Origin: Planctomycetota bacterium
GTDB taxonomy: Bacteria; Planctomycetota; UBA1135; UBA2386
Reading direction: 5' to 3'
NCBI GenBank assembly: GCA_965228735.1
Contig: OZ245838.1
Coordinates: forward strand, 6,464,001-6,528,000
Length of the DNA: 64,000 nt
The first letter of the stretch is position 1; every line of letters begins with the position of its first letter. Position numbers and translations under genes: made by a program. Below are positions 46,206 through 57,577 of this stretch, piece by piece. Below the pieces are notes generated by a model. That model worked only from the letters and a program-made list of their open reading frames with translations, searched no databases and had not been told where the DNA came from.

Positions 46206-46679
46206 ATGGCGACCTTCTTTGGTAGTTCGGAGCACAACCTCGACGACAAGGGCAGACTCGTGCTGCCTGCGCGGATCCTGGATGCGCTCCCCAAGAACGA
46301 CTGGAAGTTCCACCTGACGGCCGGGCTGGACCGCTGCCTCCTCCTGCACGACTCCAAGGGTTTCGAGGAACTCGTCGATCGGATCGGCCGGGCAGTCCCT
46401 GGCAGCCGGGCCCACCGGGCGCTCTGTCGACGGTTCCTCGGGCACTCGGAGGAGGTCAAGCCGGACGGCAATCGAAGGATACGGATCCCCGAGCCGCTGT
46501 TGCGATACGCCGGCCTAGCCGCCAGCAGTCCTGCCACGTTGATCGGCACCGGTCGGGTCTTCGAGATCTGGTCGCCGGCCAACCTCGGCGAGACCCTGGA
46601 CCAGGCGACGGCCGACGAGGAAGCGCTCTTTGCCAGTTTGATCGAGCCAAGCAACGCCGCTGCCCCGAGCGAGGAATGA
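46206..46679 (+). CDS. mraZ: Transcriptional regulator MraZ
   Basis: FFGSSEHNLDDKGRLVLP, second repeat DGNRRIRIP, FEIW; upstream of rsmH. Confidence 0.93.
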   Translation: MATFFGSSEHNLDDKGRLVLPARILDALPKNDWKFHLTAGLDRCLLLHDSKGFEELVDRIGRAVPGSRAHRALCRRFLGHSEEVKPDGNRRIRIPEPLLRYAGLAASSPATLIGTGRVFEIWSPANLGETLDQATADEEALFASLIEPSNAAAPSEE

Positions 46680-46774
46680 TCGCTCGGGCACGTCGTGCCG
46701 GATCCCACGCGGCAGTGGTCCTGCCGTGCGGGAGCGTTCTGCGACTGCCGCCGGGTGGTCATGGGATGTAGCGT

Positions 46775-47737
46775 ATGAACGATTCGGGCACGACGGAGGG
46801 CGCGGGCGGGCACGGGGATAGGCGCCCCGTGCACGTGCCCGTGCTGCTGCGGGAGACCCTGGCGATCCTCGAGCTCTGGGAGGGGCTCGTGGTCGTCGAT
46901 GGTACGGTCGGTGCCGGCGGACATGCGAGGGCAATCCTGTCCGCAATCGGTACGACCGGGAAGTTGATCGGGCTCGATCGGGACAGCGAGATCCTGGTCT
47001 CCGCAAGGGCCGCACTCGGAGGGAGTGCGGCCCTCGCGGAAGCCGGGGTCTCGCTGCACCACCTTTCGTATTCGCGCATGCGCGAGGCGCTGCAGGACTC
47101 CGGTCAGACCTGCTGCGATCGCGTGCTGCTCGATCTCGGTGTCAGCTCCATGCAACTCGACCGGCCAGAACGCGGGTTCTCGTTCACCTCCGATGGACCT
47201 CTCGACATGCGCATGGATTCCGGTTCAGGCAGGACCGCGGCGGACTGGCTCGCGCGCGTCCCGGAGACGGAGCTCGCCGACGTGATCTACCGCTACGGTG
47301 AAGAACGTCACAGCCGCCGCATCGCGCGCCGCATCGTCGAGCAGCGCCGGCGGTCGCCGATCACGCGCACGCAGCAGCTCGCGGACATCGTGTGTTCCGC
47401 GCTGCCCGGTGCCGCGAAGGGCCGCCGGATCCATCCGGCGACGCGCACGTTCCAGGCGATCCGGATCGCGGTCAACGACGAGCTCGCCGAGGTCGAACGC
47501 GGCCTCGCCGCCGCCGTGGATTGCCTGCGACCCGGTGGTCGGCTCGCGGTCATCTCGTTCCACTCGCTCGAGGACCGCATCGCCAAGCACTTCCTCCGTG
47601 AGCACTGCGACGTCGTGACCAAGAAGCCGATCGTCGCGGGGCCCGCCGAGGTCCAGGACAACCCGCGTTCCCGCTCCGCCAAGCTGCGTTGCGGGGTCAA
47701 GCCGGTCGCGGCGGGCGACCCGGGAGGTCGATCGTGA
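46775..47737 (+). CDS. rsmH: 16S rRNA m4C1402 methyltransferase
   Basis: HVPVLL, DGTVGAGGHA, DLGVSSMQLD..RGFSF, HPATRTFQAIRI, FHSLEDR, NPRSRSAKLR. Confidence 0.97.
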   Translation: MNDSGTTEGAGGHGDRRPVHVPVLLRETLAILELWEGLVVVDGTVGAGGHARAILSAIGTTGKLIGLDRDSEILVSARAALGGSAALAEAGVSLHHLSYSRMREALQDSGQTCCDRVLLDLGVSSMQLDRPERGFSFTSDGPLDMRMDSGSGRTAADWLARVPETELADVIYRYGEERHSRRIARRIVEQRRRSPITRTQQLADIVCSALPGAAKGRRIHPATRTFQAIRIAVNDELAEVERGLAAAVDCLRPGGRLAVISFHSLEDRIAKHFLREHCDVVTKKPIVAGPAEVQDNPRSRSAKLRCGVKPVAAGDPGGRS

Positions 47738-47988
47738 AGTGGTTCCTCGCGGGTCTGATGTTCGCCGCGTTCGTCGCGATCGCGCTGTTCACCGCGACGG
47801 TGCGCGCCAACAACGCGCTGCGCCGTCACGAACTCGAACTCGAGTACCGGAGCGTGCGCGATCGCGAGATCGAGCTCGAGCGGCTCGAGGCCCAGCTGCT
47901 CGATAGCGCGACGGCCGAACGGCTCGCGCGCGCCCACGAACACTGGCTAATGGCCGAGTACGAACGCCGCCAGCGCGGCTGGCAGTAG
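47734..47988 (+). CDS. ftsL: FtsL-like bitopic coiled-coil protein
   Basis: One TM plus coiled coil, in the canonical position between rsmH and the PBP gene. Confidence 0.65.
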   Translation: MKWFLAGLMFAAFVAIALFTATVRANNALRRHELELEYRSVRDREIELERLEAQLLDSATAERLARAHEHWLMAEYERRQRGWQ

Positions 47989-47995
47989 GAGCGCC

Positions 47996-50008
47996 ATGAT
48001 TCGACCCGGCGAACGTCTCCGTCTCGGCTTCGTGTTCGGCCTGCTGGCCTGCGTGCCGGTGTTCCTCGCGGGCTGGCTCGGCTACGTGCAGGTCGCGCAG
48101 GCGGGGTCGTTGGAGCGCGACGGTCGCGCGCCGCTGCGGCTCGATGCGGACGCTTCTTCGAGTCAGTGGGCCAGGGTCGAACGCACGCCCGCGGCGCGGG
48201 GTTCGATCGTCGACCGCAACGGCGAGCGCCTCGCGTACGACCGGTCGGTCTACGAGGTCCGCGCCCGGATCAGCGTCTCGTCGTGGCGCCACAAGAACGC
48301 CGCGAAGTTCCGGGAGTGGCTCGAGGGTCTGGCCCGTGACTTCGCGCGCGCGCTCGCGAGCGATCCCGAGCTCGCCGATCGGCGCGCCGCGCGTCGACAC
48401 CACGAAGAGCGCGTGCTCGGGCTGTTCGCGCGCAAGTTCGCGTTCGATCGGCTGCCGGCCGGCAACCGGCCGCTCGCGGAGGGGCATCCCACGGTCGCCG
48501 ACCTGCGGATCGCGGGCGACATCGACGTGCTCGCCGTGATCGACGCGCTGCGCGGGATCGCCGACCGCAACGACCTCCGTGGCTTCGTCCGGGTCGACTT
48601 CCTGCCCGCGTTCCGGCGGGTCTACCCGGACCGAGAACTCACGTACGGACTCGTTGGCCACACGGTCACCGAGTGGGCGAAGAAGAAGGGCGCCGGCCGT
48701 GAACTCGTCACCTACGGCACCGTCGGCCTCGAAGCCGCGAACGTCCTCGGCACGGGCGCGGGCACCCGGCGGGCGCTGCGGCGCGACGGCCGTGGCCGCG
48801 GCTACTTCCTCGGGCTGCCTGCGGACGATGTGCGGCGCCCCGTCGTGCACTCGTCGATCGATCTCGAGCTGCAGCGCATCGCGGTGCGCGAACTCTCGGC
48901 GCAGGCCGAGGCCGGCGCCACGGTCGGCAAGATCACGATCCCGAAGTGGGGCGCGCTCGTGCTCGTCGACCTCGAGTCGGCCGACGTCGTCGCCGCGGCC
49001 TCGTGGCATCGCGACGTGAAGAACCTGAAGAACGCGTCGTTCACGCCGTACCAGAGCCTGTTCGAGCCCGGTTCGATCGTCAAGCCGCTCGTCCTGAGCT
49101 ACGCCTACGAGGCGGGCACGTTCGATTGGGGCTACGAGTACGACTGCCGCGCCCACGGGCGCGACTACCGCGAGCAGATCCGCGGTCTCGGGCGGCGCAA
49201 GCCGGTGCGCGACGATCACGACTGCGAGGACCTCGATGCCCACGGCATCCTGGTCAACAGCTCCAACATCGGCGCGTCGCTGATCGGCCTGACGCTGTCG
49301 CGCGAACAGTGGCGCGACTACATGCGCTTCTACGGCTTCGGCGAGTCCCTCGACCTGCCGCTGCCGCACGGGCGGGTCGGCGGCTGGCCGAAGCAGTCGT
49401 TCGACCCGAACACCCGGATGCGGTCGTTCCGTGCCAACAGCGCGATCTCGTTCAGCTTCGGCTACGAGTTCCAGGTGACCGCGCTGCACGTGGCCCGCGC
49501 CTATCTGCGGATGCTCTGCGGCCACGAGGCCGAGCTGCGGCTGTGCCGCGGTGTCGAGGTCGACGGCGTGTGGCACCCGGCGCCGCCGGCGAAGAACGGT
49601 GGAAAGTTCTCCCCGCGCGTCCTCGGCGCCGTGCGGGACGCGATGGTCGACGTGATGGGGCACGACTCGCACGCGACCGGCAGCAAGGTCCGGCGCCTCA
49701 TCGAGAAGGAGCAGGGCATCGACATTCACGGCCACGTCGCGGGCAAGACCGGTACTGCTGCGAGCATGATCGGTATTCCGGGGCGCGGTCGGGTCAACGT
49801 ACGCAACGCGAGCTTCGTCGGCTTCCTGCCGGCGCGGGCGCCGCGCTGGCTGTGCGTTTGTGTGTTGCAGAAGGACGATAGTGCGCGCTTCTACGGCGGC
49901 AGCTATGCTGCACCGCCAGCGGTGCGAGTGCTCTTGCAGGCCGAACGGCTTGCGGAGCAGCGCCGCCGCCGACAGAAGTCGCGTCCATCGAACGGTCAGG
50001 TTCGGTGA
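47996..50008 (+). CDS. ftsI: Class B penicillin-binding protein (FtsI-like)
   Basis: RGSIVDRNG, RVYP, EPGSIVK (SxxK), SSN, GKTGT. Confidence 0.85.
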   Translation: MIRPGERLRLGFVFGLLACVPVFLAGWLGYVQVAQAGSLERDGRAPLRLDADASSSQWARVERTPAARGSIVDRNGERLAYDRSVYEVRARISVSSWRHKNAAKFREWLEGLARDFARALASDPELADRRAARRHHEERVLGLFARKFAFDRLPAGNRPLAEGHPTVADLRIAGDIDVLAVIDALRGIADRNDLRGFVRVDFLPAFRRVYPDRELTYGLVGHTVTEWAKKKGAGRELVTYGTVGLEAANVLGTGAGTRRALRRDGRGRGYFLGLPADDVRRPVVHSSIDLELQRIAVRELSAQAEAGATVGKITIPKWGALVLVDLESADVVAAASWHRDVKNLKNASFTPYQSLFEPGSIVKPLVLSYAYEAGTFDWGYEYDCRAHGRDYREQIRGLGRRKPVRDDHDCEDLDAHGILVNSSNIGASLIGLTLSREQWRDYMRFYGFGESLDLPLPHGRVGGWPKQSFDPNTRMRSFRANSAISFSFGYEFQVTALHVARAYLRMLCGHEAELRLCRGVEVDGVWHPAPPAKNGGKFSPRVLGAVRDAMVDVMGHDSHATGSKVRRLIEKEQGIDIHGHVAGKTGTAASMIGIPGRGRVNVRNASFVGFLPARAPRWLCVCVLQKDDSARFYGGSYAAPPAVRVLLQAERLAEQRRRRQKSRPSNGQVR

Positions 50009-50075
50009 TTCGTAGGCTCCTGAGCGGTCAGGCTGAGGCAGCAGTCTCAGAGACGATACTTCGGTAGGGCGGTTG

Positions 50076-51592
<1,517 letters not shown>

Positions 51593-51608
<16 letters not shown>

Positions 51609-53113
51609 AGGGCGTCAAGAACCGCAAGTCGGACAGGACCGACAAGACCGAGGCGCGCGCGACGACCGCGGCCCGCGGGTGGATGACCGCGACCCGGGTG
51701 GCCAAGGCGCTCGCGGGCGGCGCGGTCATCGCCCGTGGCCGCACGGCTTCGCGTGTCTGCACCGACTCGCGCGTCGACTGCCGCGGTGCCCTGTTCGTCG
51801 CGCTGCGCGGGCCGAACCACGACGCGCACGGTCACCTCGCGGACGCGGTGAACCAGGGCGCCGTCGGCTTGCTCGTCGATCGGCCGCTCGCGGAGCTGCC
51901 GCCGCTGCCGCGCACGCAAAAGGTCTACGTCGTGCAGGTGCCCGACACGGGCACAGCGCTCATGGAGCTCGCGGCCGAGCATCGCCGCCGCCACCCGGCG
52001 CGGGTCATCGGCATCACGGGGTCGTGCGGCAAGACCTCGACCAAGGAGATGCTAGGTGGCGTGCTCGCGAGCGCGATGCCGACCGTGCGTTCGCCCGGCA
52101 GCTACAACAACCAGGTCGGCGTGCCGCTCTCGCTGTTGCAGATCGATGCCGCGACGCGCGCGGCCGTCGTCGAGATCGGCACCAACGGCCCCGGCGAGAT
52201 CGGGCCGCTCACGGCGATCGCGCGGCCCGACGTCGGCATCGTGACCTGCGTCGCCTCGTCGCACCTCGCGGGTCTCGGCTCGCTCGAGGGCGTCGCGCGC
52301 GAGAAGGCCGCGCTGCCGCACGGGGTCGCCAAGGGCGGTCTCTGCATCCTCAACGGTGACGACGCGGCGTGCCGTGCGATGGCCGCCGAGTGCGATGCGG
52401 ACGTGCAGTTCACCAGCGTCGCGGGTGAGGCCGACTGGTTCGCGACGGATCTGAGTTTCCACGCGCTGGGCACGTCGTTCCTGCTCAACGGCGAGCGGCC
52501 CGTCACGCTGCCGAAGCTCGGCACGCACAACGTCTACAACGCGCTCGCGGCGATCGCGGCGGCCGTGCATCTCGGCATGCCCGAGGACGACGTGCTCGCG
52601 GCCCTGGCCGGCGCGCCGTCGGCCGCCCGTCGGCTCGAACCGAAGTCCGCGGCCGGCGTCACGATCTTCGACGACACCTACAACATGAACCCCGAGTCGG
52701 CGCGGGCGGCGCTGCAGGCGCTCGCGGGCATCGGCCGGACGGGCAAGCGCATCGTCGTGTTCGGCGAGATGCACGAGCTCGGGGCGCAGAGTGTCGCGCT
52801 CCACGAAGAACTCGGCGGCCGCGTCGCGGCGAGCGGGCAGGACGTCCTCGTGACGGTCGGACCCGGCGCCAGCGCGATCGCCGACGGCGCGCTCGCAGCC
52901 GGGATGCCGGCGAGCAAGGTCGAGCGGGTCACGGATGGCGAGGCCGCGCTGCAGTTCCTCCATTCCACCGTCCAGTCGGGCGACGTCGTGCTGTGCAAGG
53001 CCTCGCGACGGGTCGGACTCGATCGCCTCGTCGACGAACTCCTGTCCCTGCTCGGGGCTGCCTTTGTTGGGGCCGCCTCTGTCGGGCCCGCTTCTGGCGA
53101 GGCCGGCGGCTGA
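51593..53113 (+). CDS. murF: UDP-MurNAc-pentapeptide ligase
   Basis: GITGSCGKTSTKE, YNNQVGVP, DDTYNMNPES, GEMHELG, KASR. Start may be ATG 51683. Confidence 0.95.
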
Positions 53114-53149
53114 CCCGTGATCACCACCATCCGCCGAACGACCTGACCC

Positions 53150-54280
53150 ATGCTCCACTGGCTCGCGCCCTACTTCTTCTCGGACGACGTGTGCCGCCTG
53201 TTCGGCTACATCTCGTTCCGGGCAGCGGGCGCGACGTTGACGGCATTCCTGTTCGCGGTCCTGTTCGGTCCGCGCGTGATCCGCTGGTTGAGCTCGGTCG
53301 GCGTCGGCGAGCGTATCGACGGCACGGGCTCCGTGACGCTCGAGAAGCTGCACGAGCACAAGCGCGGCACGCCGACGATGGGGGGGGTGTTCATCATCGG
53401 TGGCATCCTGCTCTCGGGGGTCTTGTGGCTGCGCTTCGACGGTGACAACCGGTTCTCCCTGCCCGGACTCGTGCTGATCGCGGGCTTCGCGCTCGTCGGT
53501 TTCTGGGACGACTGGGTCAAGCTGAAGAACAAGCTCGAGGACGGCAAGGTCAAGCGCGGCATCAGCAAGCGCGAGAAGCAGGGCGCGCTGACGCTCATCG
53601 CGCTCGGCGTCGGGCTCTGGCTCATGGGGCCGGCCGCGCTCGAGGGGCCGGCAGGACCGCAGCTCTACCTGCCGTTCTTCAAGGACGTGTCGATCGACCT
53701 GACGATCGGCTACGGCATCCCGTTCCTGCTGCTCGCGATCTTCGTGCTCACGGGTTCGGCCAACGGCGTCAACCTCACGGACGGACTCGACGGGCTCGCG
53801 ACCGGCTGCATCGCGACGGCGGCGATCGCCTACGCGGTGATCACCTACGCGGTCGGGCGCGTCGACTGGTCCGAGTACCTGCTCGTCGAACACATCGCCG
53901 GCGCGGGTGAGATGACCGTGCTCATGGGGGCGCTGCTCGGCGGCGCGCTCGGGTTCCTGTGGTTCAACGCGGCGCCCGCGATGGTCTTCCTCGGCGACGT
54001 CGGCAGCCTCGCGCTCGGCGGCGCGCTCGGCTATGCCGCGATCGTCAGCCGCACGGAACTCGTGCTGCTCGTCGTGGGCGGTGTGTTCGTCGTCGAGGCG
54101 CTGTCCGTGATCGTCCAGGTCGGCTCGTTCAAGCTGCGCGGCAAGCGCGTGTTCCGCTGCGCGCCGATCCATCACCATTTCCAGTTCGGCGGCATGCCGG
54201 AGACCCGCGTCGTGGTGCGGACGTGGGTCGTCTCGGCGCTGCTCGCCCTCACGAGCCTCGCGCTGTTCAAGGTGCGGTGA
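53150..54280 (+). CDS. mraY: Phospho-MurNAc-pentapeptide translocase
   Basis: KRGTPTMGG, DDW, NGVNLTDGLDGL, FLGDVGS, APIHHHF. Confidence 0.97.
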   Translation: MLHWLAPYFFSDDVCRLFGYISFRAAGATLTAFLFAVLFGPRVIRWLSSVGVGERIDGTGSVTLEKLHEHKRGTPTMGGVFIIGGILLSGVLWLRFDGDNRFSLPGLVLIAGFALVGFWDDWVKLKNKLEDGKVKRGISKREKQGALTLIALGVGLWLMGPAALEGPAGPQLYLPFFKDVSIDLTIGYGIPFLLLAIFVLTGSANGVNLTDGLDGLATGCIATAAIAYAVITYAVGRVDWSEYLLVEHIAGAGEMTVLMGALLGGALGFLWFNAAPAMVFLGDVGSLALGGALGYAAIVSRTELVLLVVGGVFVVEALSVIVQVGSFKLRGKRVFRCAPIHHHFQFGGMPETRVVVRTWVVSALLALTSLALFKVR

Positions 54281-55422
54281 TGAGCGACATCGAGCTGAGT
54301 GATCGGGATGCCCCCGGCAAGGATCGGGTGCACCTGCGTGAGCTCGATTGGCTCATGCTCATCACGGTGTCGCTGTCGTGCCTCGGTCTCGTGATGGCCG
54401 TGTCGGTGCTCGGGCCCAAGATCGACGTCGGGCCGCTCGCCGCGGTGAAGAAGCAGAGCTTCAAGCTGCTGTTCGGGCTGGCCGCGTTCCTCGTGACCGC
54501 GACCCTGCCGATGCGGCTGGTCTACCGTTCGGCGCTGCCGATGTTCTTCGTGACGACGGCGCTGTGCCTCGTCCCGCACGTGATGCGCGACGTCAAGGGC
54601 GCGCACCGTTGGATCCACATCGGCGACCATCAGTTCCAGCCCGTCGAGCCGGCGCGGTTCTTCATGATCCTGTCGGTCGCGCTGCTGCTCGCCCGCGCGG
54701 GGCGCCATGTCACGACGTTCTTCCGCGGGTTCGGCCCCGCGATCGGCTGCGCGGGCTTGCTCGCCGCGGTCCTCATGAGCCAGCCCGACAACGGCAACGC
54801 GCTCATCGTCCTCGCGATCGCGAGCGTGCTCGCGCTGATCGCCGGCGTCCGGATCCTGCACTTCCTGCCGTTCGCCGCCGTCGGCTTCGCGTGCTTCTGG
54901 TTCGTCGCGATGCAGCATGGCTACGTGCGGGACCGCGTCCACGACTTCATGCACCCGACGCCGCGGTCGCAGGTTGGCCTCGGCCTGATCGCGGTCGGTT
55001 CGGGCGGCACGACCGGGCAGGGTCTCGGGCAGGGCTGGATGAAGATGGGCTTCGTGCCAGAAGCGCACAATGACTTCGTCTTTGCCATCGTAGGTGAAGA
55101 ACTGGGATTCCTCGGGACGGCCGGCGTGCTGCTCGGCTTCGGCGCGTTCGGTTGGATCACCTACCGGATCGCGTCGAAAGTGCGCGACCCCTTTCTTCGC
55201 TACGTCGTCTGCGGTTACGCTCTGATGATCTGCATGCAAGCAGCGGCCAACCTGCTCGTCGTCAACGGGTGGGCCCCGGCCAAGGGCATCGACCTGCCGT
55301 TCGTCAGCACGGGCGGCACGAGCCTGATGTTCTGCTTCGCTGCGGTGGGCCTGATCGGCAACGCAGCCAGAGCCGATCGGGCGGGCGACTTCAGCACTGA
55401 GTATTCGAGCCATGGTGGTTGA
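54280..55422 (+). CDS. ftsW: SEDS peptidoglycan polymerase FtsW/RodA
   Basis: GAHRWI..FQPVE, QPD.G, GQGLGQG, PEAHNDFVFAIVGEELG, KGIDLPFVSTGGTS. Confidence 0.93.
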   Translation: MSDIELSDRDAPGKDRVHLRELDWLMLITVSLSCLGLVMAVSVLGPKIDVGPLAAVKKQSFKLLFGLAAFLVTATLPMRLVYRSALPMFFVTTALCLVPHVMRDVKGAHRWIHIGDHQFQPVEPARFFMILSVALLLARAGRHVTTFFRGFGPAIGCAGLLAAVLMSQPDNGNALIVLAIASVLALIAGVRILHFLPFAAVGFACFWFVAMQHGYVRDRVHDFMHPTPRSQVGLGLIAVGSGGTTGQGLGQGWMKMGFVPEAHNDFVFAIVGEELGFLGTAGVLLGFGAFGWITYRIASKVRDPFLRYVVCGYALMICMQAAANLLVVNGWAPAKGIDLPFVSTGGTSLMFCFAAVGLIGNAARADRAGDFSTEYSSHGG

Positions 55423-55479
55423 CGGTCAGGTCGACCAAGCAATGGCGTTCTACAACGCGACAATCCTGGGAGGGATGTG

Positions 55480-56328
55480 ATGGGCCAGCTCGAGAAGTAC
55501 GGGCTCTACGTTTTGTGTCTGCTGATCTTCCTGATCCTCGGCGTCACCCTGATGGGGTCGGGGACGGTGGAGGCCAGCCCGGACGGGCAGCGCGAGCGCC
55601 AGTCGGTGCAGGATCTGAACGCGAGCCGTGAGGGTGGCGGGGCGCTGCCGGTGAACGATCGCGACACCACGCGGTCGAGTGGATCCCCGGCCAATGGATC
55701 CCCGGCCAATGGACCGACGGCGAACGGATCGCCGGCCAACGGCGGCGCGCGCGCCCCGAACTTCCGGGAACTGCTCACGCCGTCGGCGCGCCCCTCGAAC
55801 GGTGGCGCCAGCAGCAGCGTCGCGACGCCGAACCCGCGGCCGAACACGACCCCGTCGAACGGCGGGAACAGCCCACCGTCGAACGGCCGGGCAGCGTCGA
55901 ACGGCCGCACCGCGACGCCCGACCCGGCGCCGGTCCACACGCCGGCGCCAGCCGACCGCCCGACCTACACGATCCGGCGCGGCGACAACTACGAGTCCAT
56001 TGCCCGCGAATTGTTCGGCACGCGCGCGCTCGTCGGTGAGATCGCGCGGCTCAACCCGCGCATCGATCCGCTCAAGCTGCAGCCCAACAAGACGATCCTC
56101 GTGCCGACGAAGGCCGAGGCCGAGGCGTTCATCGCGCAGCGCGCGGCGAAGCGCACGGGCGTGCAGCTCGGCGGCACCTACAAGATCAAGAAGGGCGACA
56201 CGCTGATCGACATCGCCAAGCAGCAGCTCGGTTCGGAGGGTCGGCTCGCCGATCTGCAGGCCCTCAACCCGGGCCTCAATCCGACCAACCTGCGCATCGG
56301 CCAGAAGATCCGCTTGCCGCGCAAGTAG
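55480..56328 (+). CDS. Membrane-anchored protein with two LysM domains
   Basis: N-terminal TM, disordered N/G/S/P linker; YTIRRGDNYESIA...LNP and YKIKKGDTLIDIA...LNP..LRIGQKIRLP. Confidence 0.92.
   Translation: MGQLEKYGLYVLCLLIFLILGVTLMGSGTVEASPDGQRERQSVQDLNASREGGGALPVNDRDTTRSSGSPANGSPANGPTANGSPANGGARAPNFRELLTPSARPSNGGASSSVATPNPRPNTTPSNGGNSPPSNGRAASNGRTATPDPAPVHTPAPADRPTYTIRRGDNYESIARELFGTRALVGEIARLNPRIDPLKLQPNKTILVPTKAEAEAFIAQRAAKRTGVQLGGTYKIKKGDTLIDIAKQQLGSEGRLADLQALNPGLNPTNLRIGQKIRLPRK
55681..55740 (+). repeat. 15-bp coding tandem repeat (GSPAN-like x4)
   Basis: GGATCCCCGGCCAAT x2 plus two degenerate copies. Confidence 0.8.
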
Positions 56329-56425
56329 CGCTGCGTTCGGGCCGGCGCGCTCACGCCGGCGCGGCGGCGTGTCGACGCCGCCCGAGGTCTCCTGACGTCA
56401 CTCTGCTTCTCCGATTCTGCACCGA

Positions 56426-57577
56426 ATGGTCCGACGTGTTTGTCTCGTGAGTGGGGGCACGGGCGGTCACCTGATGCCCGCACTCGTTCTGGCTCGCGGA
56501 CTGCGGGAACGCGGTCACGAGCCGGTCCTCCTGACCGAGGGCCGCGACGTCGAACGCGCGATGGTCGAGCGCGAGCTGCCCGACTTGCCGGCGCTGCGAC
56601 TGCCGGGCACGGGTGACGTCGCACGGCCGTCGCGCCTGCAGCTGCCGCTGTGGCTCCTGCGCACGACGCTCGCGATGCGCAAGACGCTGCGCGACGAACG
56701 CATCGACTGCGTGGTGAGCACGGGCGGGCGGCCGTCCGTGCCCGCGGGGCTCGCGGCGCGCAGTCTCGGCGTGCCACTCTTCCTGCTGGAGCAGAACGCC
56801 GTGACGGGCCGCGCCAACCGCCTGCTCGGGCCGTTCGCGAAGCGCATCTACCGCGGGCTGCCCGATCGCGGCCATCATGATCCCGGCTTCGTGACCGGCA
56901 CGCCGCTGCGGCCCGGCGTCGGGTCGGTCGATCGGCGGGTGGCGCGGCGGGCGCTCGAGTTGCCCGAGACGGCCCGCGTCGTCCTCGTGACTGGCGGCAG
57001 CCAGGGGGCGCAGGCGCTCAACGAGACCGTGCCCGCGGCGTTGCAGCGTCTCGCGGACGGCGTGACGAGCTACGTGCTGCACCTCGCGGGCGCCGGCAAC
57101 GCGGAGGACGTGGCGGCGCGCTACGGCATCGGCACCCACGACCTCGAGGCCGGCAGGGCCGTCGGGTCGGCCACGGTCGAGTCTGTCACGGTCGTGGCGA
57201 AGGTCTGGCCGACCACGACGCGGATGGCCGAGTGCTATGCCGCCGCGGACCTCGTGATCTGCCGCGGCGGCGGCACGACGGTCGCCGAACTGATCGCGGC
57301 GGGCCGGCCGGCCGTGATCGTGCCCTACCCGCATCATCGCGATCGCCAGCAGGTGCGGAACGCCGAGGTGCTCGTCGATGCCGGCGCTGCCGAGCTCGTC
57401 GAACAGCACGAGCTGACGGTCCAGGGCCTCGCCGACCGTCTCGCCCGGCTGCTCGGCGACCCCGCGAAGCTCGCGGCGATGGCGACCGCGGCCGGGCAGG
57501 TCACGACGGGCTCGGCGACGACGGCGATCCTCGACGACGTCGAGCGCGCGAGCGGCTGGACGGAGGTGGCCGAATGA
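56426..57577 (+). CDS. murG: Lipid II GlcNAc transferase
   Basis: GGTGGH, EQNAVTGRAN, GGSQGA, CRGGGTTVAE, QVRNA. Confidence 0.95.
   Translation: MVRRVCLVSGGTGGHLMPALVLARGLRERGHEPVLLTEGRDVERAMVERELPDLPALRLPGTGDVARPSRLQLPLWLLRTTLAMRKTLRDERIDCVVSTGGRPSVPAGLAARSLGVPLFLLEQNAVTGRANRLLGPFAKRIYRGLPDRGHHDPGFVTGTPLRPGVGSVDRRVARRALELPETARVVLVTGGSQGAQALNETVPAALQRLADGVTSYVLHLAGAGNAEDVAARYGIGTHDLEAGRAVGSATVESVTVVAKVWPTTTRMAECYAAADLVICRGGGTTVAELIAAGRPAVIVPYPHHRDRQQVRNAEVLVDAGAAELVEQHELTVQGLADRLARLLGDPAKLAAMATAAGQVTTGSATTAILDDVERASGWTEVAE

Noticed and set aside
54270..54290. Hidden or degraded murD between mraY and ftsW
   Set aside because: The mraY stop overlaps the ftsW start (TGATG), so no remnant can be present.
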